Positions 26,822 to 34,800 of a stretch of DNA of 64,000 bases are shown here, in pieces. The notes beneath the pieces were generated by a model. The model saw only the letters and a program-made list of their open reading frames with translations, ran no database searches and had not been told where the DNA came from. This stretch comes from Schmidtea polychroa (taxonomy: Eukaryota): contig CM097885.1 in NCBI GenBank assembly GCA_044892525.1, positions 207,142,001-207,206,000 on the forward strand. Reading direction: 5' to 3'. The position numbers and the translations under genes are program-made. Numbering within the stretch: the stretch's first letter is position 1; every line of letters begins with the position of its first letter.

Positions 26822-29800
26822 CATTAAAATTTCCATTTAAATTTTCATTATAAATTACATTTCTCAAAAAAGTTGGTGGTTATTCAATCTTTTGATAATA
26901 AATTTAAAAATCTTACTTTAATTTACTTATTTAATTTAAAATTTGAACCATTGGATACTTAATTTTAAATTTTGAACCTTAATTTACTTATTTAAAATTT
27001 TTAACTTTAATTTACCTAATTATTCTTTATTTCTTAATTTTACACCATAATTTACTTAACAACTAAATATAATCCTTATTTTCATATTTAACCAATAATT
27101 TCATGTGGTCATCTGGTTGTAAGTGTTTGGTATCTAGTTGACAGTGCTTAGTACTAGGTAAGTTATTTGGTTGTTAGTACTTGGTTGTATGTACTTGGTA
27201 TCTAGTTGTTAGTAACTAGTTGTAGGTAATTAATGCTTAGTAGTTGGTAACTGGTTGTTAGTACTTGGTATCTAGTACCTAGTTAGCTGGTTGTAGCTAG
27301 TTAATGGGTAGGTTGGTTGTTAGTACTTAGTATTTAGTTGGTTGATAATGCTTAGTACCTGGTTGTTGTTGGTTGTTAGTACTTGGTATCTAGTACCTAG
27401 TTGGTTGGTTGTTAGTACTTAGTATTTAGTTGGTTGATAATGCTTAGTACCTGGTTGTTGTTGGTTGTTAGTACTTGGTATCTAGTACCTAGTTGGTTGG
27501 TTGTTTTTGGTTGATAGTACTTGGTATCTAGTTGTAAGTATTTGGTATCAGGTAACTGGTTGTTAGTATCTAGTTGTAGGTTGTAGGTACTTAGTAGTTA
27601 GTTGATGATGCTTAGTACCTGGTTGATGTTGGTTGTAAGTACTTGGTATATAGTACCTAGTTGGTTGGTTGTTAGTAACTAGTTGTAAGTACTTGGTAGC
27701 AGGTAACTGGTTGTTAGTATCTAGTTGTAGGTTGTAGGTACTTAGTAGTTAGTTGATGATGCTTAGTACCTGGTTGATGTTGGTTGTAAGTACTTGGTAT
27801 ATAGTACCTAGTTGGTTGGTTGTTAGTACTTAGTATTTAGTTGGTTGATAATGCTTAGTACCTGGTTGTTGTTGGTTGTTAGTACTTGGTATCTAGTACC
27901 TAGTTGGTTGGTTGTTAGTAACTAGTTGTAAGTACTTGGTAGCAGGTAACTGGTTGTTAGTATCTAGTTGTAGGTTGTAGGTACTTAGTAGTTAGTTGAT
28001 GATGCTTAGTACCTGGTTGATGTTGGTTGTAAGTACTTGGTATCTAGTTGATAGCTGGTTGTTTTTGGTTGTAGGTACTTAGTAGTTGGTTAATAATGCT
28101 TAGTAACTGGTTGTTGACGGTTGAGTGCTTGGTAGGTGGTAGCTAGTTGGTTGATTGTTTTTGGTTGTTAGTACTTGGTATCAGGTAACTGGTTGTTAGT
28201 ATCTAGTTGTAGGTATCTGGTTGATGTTGGTTGTAGGTACTTAGTAGTTGGTAATTAATGCTTAGTACCTGGTTGTTGTTGGTTGTTAGTACTTGTTAGG
28301 TGGTAGTTAGTTGTTAGCTGGTTGTTGTCGGTTGTTAGTACTTGGCAGGTGGTAGTTAGTTGTTAGTACTTGGTAGGTGGTTGTAGGTTGTAAGTAGTTG
28401 GTATCAGGTTGTTAGTAACTAGTTGTAGGTATCTGGTTGGTAATACATGTTCGTAAGTTACTGGTTGTTGGTACTAAGTTATTGGTTTTGTTGTTGAATT
28501 ATTATTAAAATTTGTCTTTGAAAAATATTTCATAAAAATTTTCATTAAAAATTATCTTAAAAATTTCCATCTAAAATTATCATTGAAAAATATTTCATAA
28601 AAATTTCCATTAAAAATTACCATTGAAAAATAATTCATTAAAAATTAACTTAAAAAATATTTCATAAAAATTTTCATTAAAAAATTTCAATTCTCAAACA
28701 CCTTCTATTATTTCAACTTTTTGTTAATAAATTTTAAAATCTTACTTTAATTTACTTTAATTTACTTATTTAAAAATTATTACTTTAATTTACTTATTTA
28801 AAATTTTTTACCATTGATTACTTAATTTAAAAATTTGGACCTTAATTAACTTTAATTTAATTTTTAGAACCTTAATTTACTTTAATTTAAAAATTTGGAC
28901 CATTATTTACTTTAATTTAATTTTTAAGAACCATAATTTACTGTAATTCAATTTTTAGGACCATAATTTACTGTAATTTGATTTTTTAGGACCATAATTT
29001 ACTGTAATTGAAAAATTTACCACGTTTTTAGTGTAGACCACCTATTTCTCAGGACCAAGGAGACTCACCTCACTATAGTCTAAAAAATCCTTGGCTTTTT
29101 TAGTGTAGACCAGCTTTTTGTATTGAAAATATCCTGAGACCTTAAATTACCATGCTTTTTTAGTGTAGACCAGCTTTTTGTATTGAAAATATCCTGAGAC
29201 CTTAAATTACCACGTTTTTTTAGTGTAGACCACCTATTTCTCAGGACCAAGGAGACTCACCTCACTATAGTCTAAAAAATCCTTGGCTTTTTTAGTGTAG
29301 ACCAGCTTTTTGTATTGAAAATATCCTGAGACCTTAAATTACCATGCTTTTTTAGTGTAGACCAGCTTTTTGTATTGAAAATATCCTGAGACCTTAAATT
29401 ACTACGTTTTTTTAGTGTAGACCACCTATTTCCCCAGGACCATCGTTTTATTGTATTGAAAAAATTTTATTTGTATTGAAAATCCCAGGACCATCGAGAC
29501 CCCCTCACTATAGTCTGAAAATTCCATGCTTTTTTAGTGGTAGTCGGATTTTTGTATTGAAAAAAATTTTTTGTATTGAAAATCCCAGGACCATCGAGAC
29601 CCCCTCACTATAGTCTGAAAATTCCATGCTTTTTTAGTGGTAGTCGGATTTTTGTATTGAAAAAAATTTTTTGTATTGAAAATCCCAGGACCATCGAGAC
29701 CCCCTCACTATAGTCTGAAAATTCCATGCTTTTTTAGTGGTAGTCGGATTTTTGTATTGAAAAAAATTTTTTGTATTGAAAATCCCAGGACCATCGAGAC

Positions 29801-31806
29801 CCCCTCACTATAGTCTGAAAAATTGCATAATCAAAAGTTGCAACAAAAAAAAAGTTGCAACAACCCCCCCCCCCCCCGGGGGGGGTAATTGTTGCAGTAC
29901 GCTACTAACTACCTACTTTTATTAAAAAGAGAGCTTAAAGACTATAAATCAGTAATATATCGATGTTTTTTTATACTCACGAATTTTCGGAACTGCAATT
30001 TCATTTTTATATTTTTAGTTGAATTTGTAAATTGTTCTTACAATTTCGACAAATTTTCCTGTGACAACAATCATGTAATAATTACGTCATTTTACTTAAA
30101 CATTTACTAATAATTTGTCGCTTCTTAATTGAAAAAATGAGTTGCAATTATTTGGACTTTATTTCCAAGCAGAACAGTTCGGGAGTATTTTCTATACAAA
30201 ATCATAAGCTTCGAAAGCATAAATGAAAAAAATTTAAAAGTAATTACTTAACTAACTTAACGACCGCCTTATATAATAAGTTTCGTCCAATCAGGACTAA
30301 GTGGTGTTGTTTTTTGTCTATTTTTCTTTATTTCCTATATTTTAATTGTTTTTATTAGGTATTATTTTGTTTTATTTTGCTACCTTATTGTTTTATTTAT
30401 TTTCTATATTTTGGTATAATTTTGCCGATTTTCCGTTAATCTTTTTGTGTGTAATGACCTATTTCTATTTTTTTCTAATTTTTATTAATATTTTATGTCC
30501 TTATTTTGTGTTTTTTCCATATTTATGTTTTGTTCTTTTAATTCTTATTTTTATTAAATTATTTTTTTTCTTTTTGTCTGTTGTCTAGGGTTAATATCTT
30601 ATTTCTGTATACTTAGTTCTGTTTCCTGTGATTCTTATTTTTAACTGTTTTCATCTTATTTTATTATTTATTTAAATTTTCTTATTAATTCTTTCAAATC
30701 CTTATTTTTAGTTTGTTTTTACCTAGTTTATTTAATGTTAAATTTATTTTGTTTATTCGTTTCTACTTTCGACTCTTTCCTATATTCATTTCAGTCCAAC
30801 ACCACTTTCCAATTAAGCCAAACACATATGACGTAACAAAGAAATTTTAACGAACAGAGACATGACTCATCATTATACTGAACAAAGACATTTTACGGAA
30901 TAAAGACATGACTCATCATATTTTGAATTTCCAAAGGTTAAATAAAGTCAGACCTTCAAACAAAAGTATCATTCGAAAGATCTTGAAGATCTCTATCCAA
31001 TGGTTATATTCTCGAAGGTCTAAGGTGTAAAACCTTCAAAGGGTCAAAAACATTCNNNNNNNNNNNNNNNNNNNNNNNNNNNNNNNNNNNNNNNNNNNNN
31101 NNNNNNNNNNNNNNNNNNNNNNNNNNNNNNNNNNNNNNNNNNNNNNNNNNNNNNNNNNNNNNNNNNNNNNNNNNNNNNNNNNNNNNNNNNNNGAATATGA
31201 TGGTCATACCCTCGAAAGTTTATGGTAGGTCATTGATAATAATATTGATAATAATAATAATAATAACTCCCGCGCGCGAATTAATAACTTTAAATCTAGT
31301 AATGATATCTCATTAAAAAGGTCTTGCACTGGGCTTTAAAATAAGACATCTATCAATAAAATTGGTTGATAGGAACAATAACTTTTGGTTTGCCAAAAAG
31401 TAGATCACCCCAGAAACAAAGACATAATTTTTAAAAATATTTTTACGATGAGTCATTGTCTTTGTTCTAAAAATAGATGTCTTTGTTCTAAAAGGATGAG
31501 TTGTCGGTTATTATGTTTTAAAAATTTGAACCCCTTGAAGGTTTTTTTAGTTTCAGGTTCCTTCATAAACCTTTGAAAGTATGACCATGATACTTACATA
31601 AAAAATACCTTTTGTTTGATATATATTGAAATTTTTGAACCTTGGACCCTTCAACCTTCGAACTCATCATCAAAAGTCTTTTTGAATGATATATAACTTG
31701 TAAGGTTTGAAAAAACATTTAAGTTTGAACACCTTTGAAGGTTATTGACCGACCATAAACTTTCGAGGGTATGACCATCATATTCGCCTTTCAAATACCT
31801 TTTGTT

Positions 31807-31888
<82 letters not shown>

Positions 31889-34800
31889 AAGTTTGAAAAA
31901 ATTCGAATGTTTTTGACCCTTTGAAGGTTTTACACCTTAGACCTTCGAGAGTATAACCATTGGATAGAGATCTTCAAGATCTTAAGAATGATACCTTTGT
32001 TTGAACGTCTGACTTTATTTAACCTTTGGAAATTCAAAACATGATGAGTCATATTTCTTTGTTCGATATGATGAGTCTTATGTCTTTGTTTGTTAAAATG
32101 TCTTTATTACGTCATTTAAAACGATGAGTCATATGTCTTTGATATGTCATTTGTTCCGTGAAAATGTATTTGTTTAAAAATGGCCTAAAATCGACTTTGA
32201 CAATAAACCGTCCTCAAAATGACATTGATCCTAAAATTAGACCTTAGGTTTCGTTTACCGTGACCTTAAAATTTCTATGACTTTAAGTGGACCTTAAGAA
32301 AAATGCATTAGTTACGTCATATGTCTTTGTTCCTTGGTCCACATGTTACCCTACTAATTTGGAAAATATTTCCTAGGTTAGCATTCCAATTGTGCTTCAT
32401 TTAAAGAGATTATTACTGTTTATCATTTATAATTGTTAAATTATTATTAAAAATTATTTTCACTCTATTAAAAAATTCTTTCGTAATTTTTGCAAGAGAG
32501 GGAATAGTGGGTAAGTGTCTTAATTATTTTTTTTAATCTTCATAATATATATTTAATTATTTAATAAATATAAAATTTAAAGTAATTTACATTATTTTGA
32601 AATAATTTTTCATTAAAATCCACATTTAATTCTAATTAGAGAATAATTACTAAATAATTTAAAATATGAAATTTTCAGAATTTGATGAAAAATCCGTACA
32701 ATAATTTGAAAGCAGTAATTACTCATTTTTTGTATATAAATACTGCCAATACACATAAAATTTTATATTTTGTACCGGGATGTATGAATATTTTTGATTA
32801 TGGATTGTTAGATATTTCTTTTATATTATCGCGATTATTTTTTATTGAGTATAATAATTGTTTCTTTTCTAAAATTAAATGCTTGTTTTAAGAAAATGTA
32901 TTTTGTGAATGTTATGTCGTTAGTTTGGAATATTTTATTACACTGATCATTATGCTATGTTTGTAATTTATTTATTAACGTTTTTATTCAGGTGCTCTCT
33001 GGTGATGATATCGCAAAATATGAAAATGCTGTTTTGTGTAAAACTAATATATTTTTTTGTTTATTGAAAGAATGTAATAATCCTGTATCATATACGGATG
33101 CGAATATTCAGTATGAGTGTATGAAGTGTTCCCTTATCAATTGCATCTCATGTAAAGCACCACATAACCTTATTAAGTGTGCAGATTTTAAATCTAAAAA
33201 TAAATCACAACAAACCGCCATTTCTGAGGTTTATTTATCGGTTATTTATCATTTATTATTATTCATTTCTAATAGACTGAATTTAAAAATGCCGGTAGAA
33301 TTTTAGAAACCCGCGTGGCAAATAAAAATAGAGAATCACTTTTAGAATACGAAGAAATCAATCTATTGAAGAACGATGAAATATTTACCTGTTTATGTGA
33401 TACACAATTCGGGAAAGGAAAAGGCATTAAATTGCAAAATTGTTTTCATAATGTTTGCTCGTAAGATTTTTTGGTCATTTGAAATTTATTATATAAAAAC
33501 TCAATGTCTAATAGTGTATGTATATATGTATAAAATATTTTTTAAAAAATAATAAATAAAATAACTAAGAACCGTAACAATTTAACATGGAAAAAATTTT
33601 CACCGTTTTTCACTGACACCAAATTCACGAGCTGCTGCACAATGGTTGTTAGCTATTAAAGTTTAAATGCAACATATGATGTCCACTTCTGTTTAATGGC
33701 CCTAAAAATGCATTTTACTGACTTCGATAAGCAAAATAAATAAACTGATTCAAGCAATTCAATTGGTATAAAGCAGGGTTTCGAACCCAAACCGAACCTG
33801 AACCTGAACCCAGCAAAAATTCGGTTCAGGTTCAATTTTAATAGTCATTATTTTATACATAGATAATAAATAGAGATTGTGTAAAATTGTTATTAAGGAT
33901 TTGTGATACTCATAACTATATAAAATTATAATATAAATAAGTCATTCATTCATAATAAATTACATAAACTATAAACTATAAATAATTTATTTATACAGAA
34001 ATTATAAATTATTTTAGGGCCTATTTATAATAGAAACATTTATGGTAAGTATAAATTAACACCATTTTTATTCAGTTACTATTTTTTTAAACTAGCTTAA
34101 TTTAAATTTGTTTTAGCCTGTAGATTTTGGGAAATCCAGTAAAAATTTTTTTTCAATATAATTTTATCAAAGATCAGTCTACATGTAGCAAGTGCTCTTT
34201 TTTTATGAAAGGTAAGTATACTGCAAATATAGGTCGCCATATCAAACGAAAACATCCTGATGAACATCGAACTATTACTGAAAGGATGAATAGTCAACCA
34301 TCTACATCTGAAACCATTAAAACCTTTAAACGAAAGATGAAAACTTAGTTTCCATTGAAAATTATTGTAATTTAATCAAAATTAATATGCCATTAAAATT
34401 TTTCATTGATGCCTGCGTTAAATTAGTTACAGTTAATAGACGACCGTTTACAATTTTCAGTGATTCTGGGATGAGCGATATTATAGTACCGATAATGAAG
34501 AAACTCAAATTGACTGTAAATTCAGAAAACATCAAAGATCTGGTAAATAATAAGGCAAATGAAGTGAAAAATATAATTAAAACCGAGATTAAAGAAAATT
34601 AATATCCATAAAAATCGACTCAGCATCCTGGCTTGGTAGAAGCGTAATTGGTACAAATGCCCAGTATATTAGCAATGGAAAAATTAATTTGAGAACATTG
34701 GCAATGTATTAAGTCAATGACCAGAAAACACCAAATTACATTAAAAATATAATAGTCAAAGTGATCGAATCTTATGGCATAAAATCAACTCAAATTTACT

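Larger units (their letters stand above)
13868..29917. mobile_element. Giant non-coding foldback element with Maverick/Polinton-type termini (16,050 bp)
   Basis: Starts AGTAGGTAGTTAGTAGCG and ends CGCTACTAACTACCTACT. Exact 6-bp TSD TTTATT at 13862-13867 and 29918-29923. Removing the element restores the dispersed repeat also seen at about 8030. The left arm 13868-21533 is the reverse complement of the right arm 22444-29917, around a 910-bp spacer. No credible ORF. AG...CT ends with short terminal repeats and a 6-bp TSD are established Maverick/Polinton hallmarks. Confidence 0.85.
30822..32333. mobile_element. Second, smaller foldback/MITE-like element spanning an assembly gap
   Basis: 30900-31055 is the reverse complement of about 31905-32060, and 31193-31230 mirrors about 31745-31785. 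ACATATGACGTAAC at the left end mirrors GTTACGTCATATGT at the right end. The left end appears truncated and no TSD was seen. Confidence 0.7.

Noticed and set aside
13868-29917. Giant palindrome as an assembly or amplification artefact (chimeric inverted read)
   Set aside because: The arms differ by many substitutions, indels and tandem copy numbers. There is a unique 910-bp spacer, a clean 6-bp TSD and a restorable empty site. Artefactual palindromes should be near-identical mirrors without a TSD.
30346-30588. Hydrophobic 80-aa ORF as a membrane protein
   Set aside because: It is the translation of a T-rich low-complexity tract.
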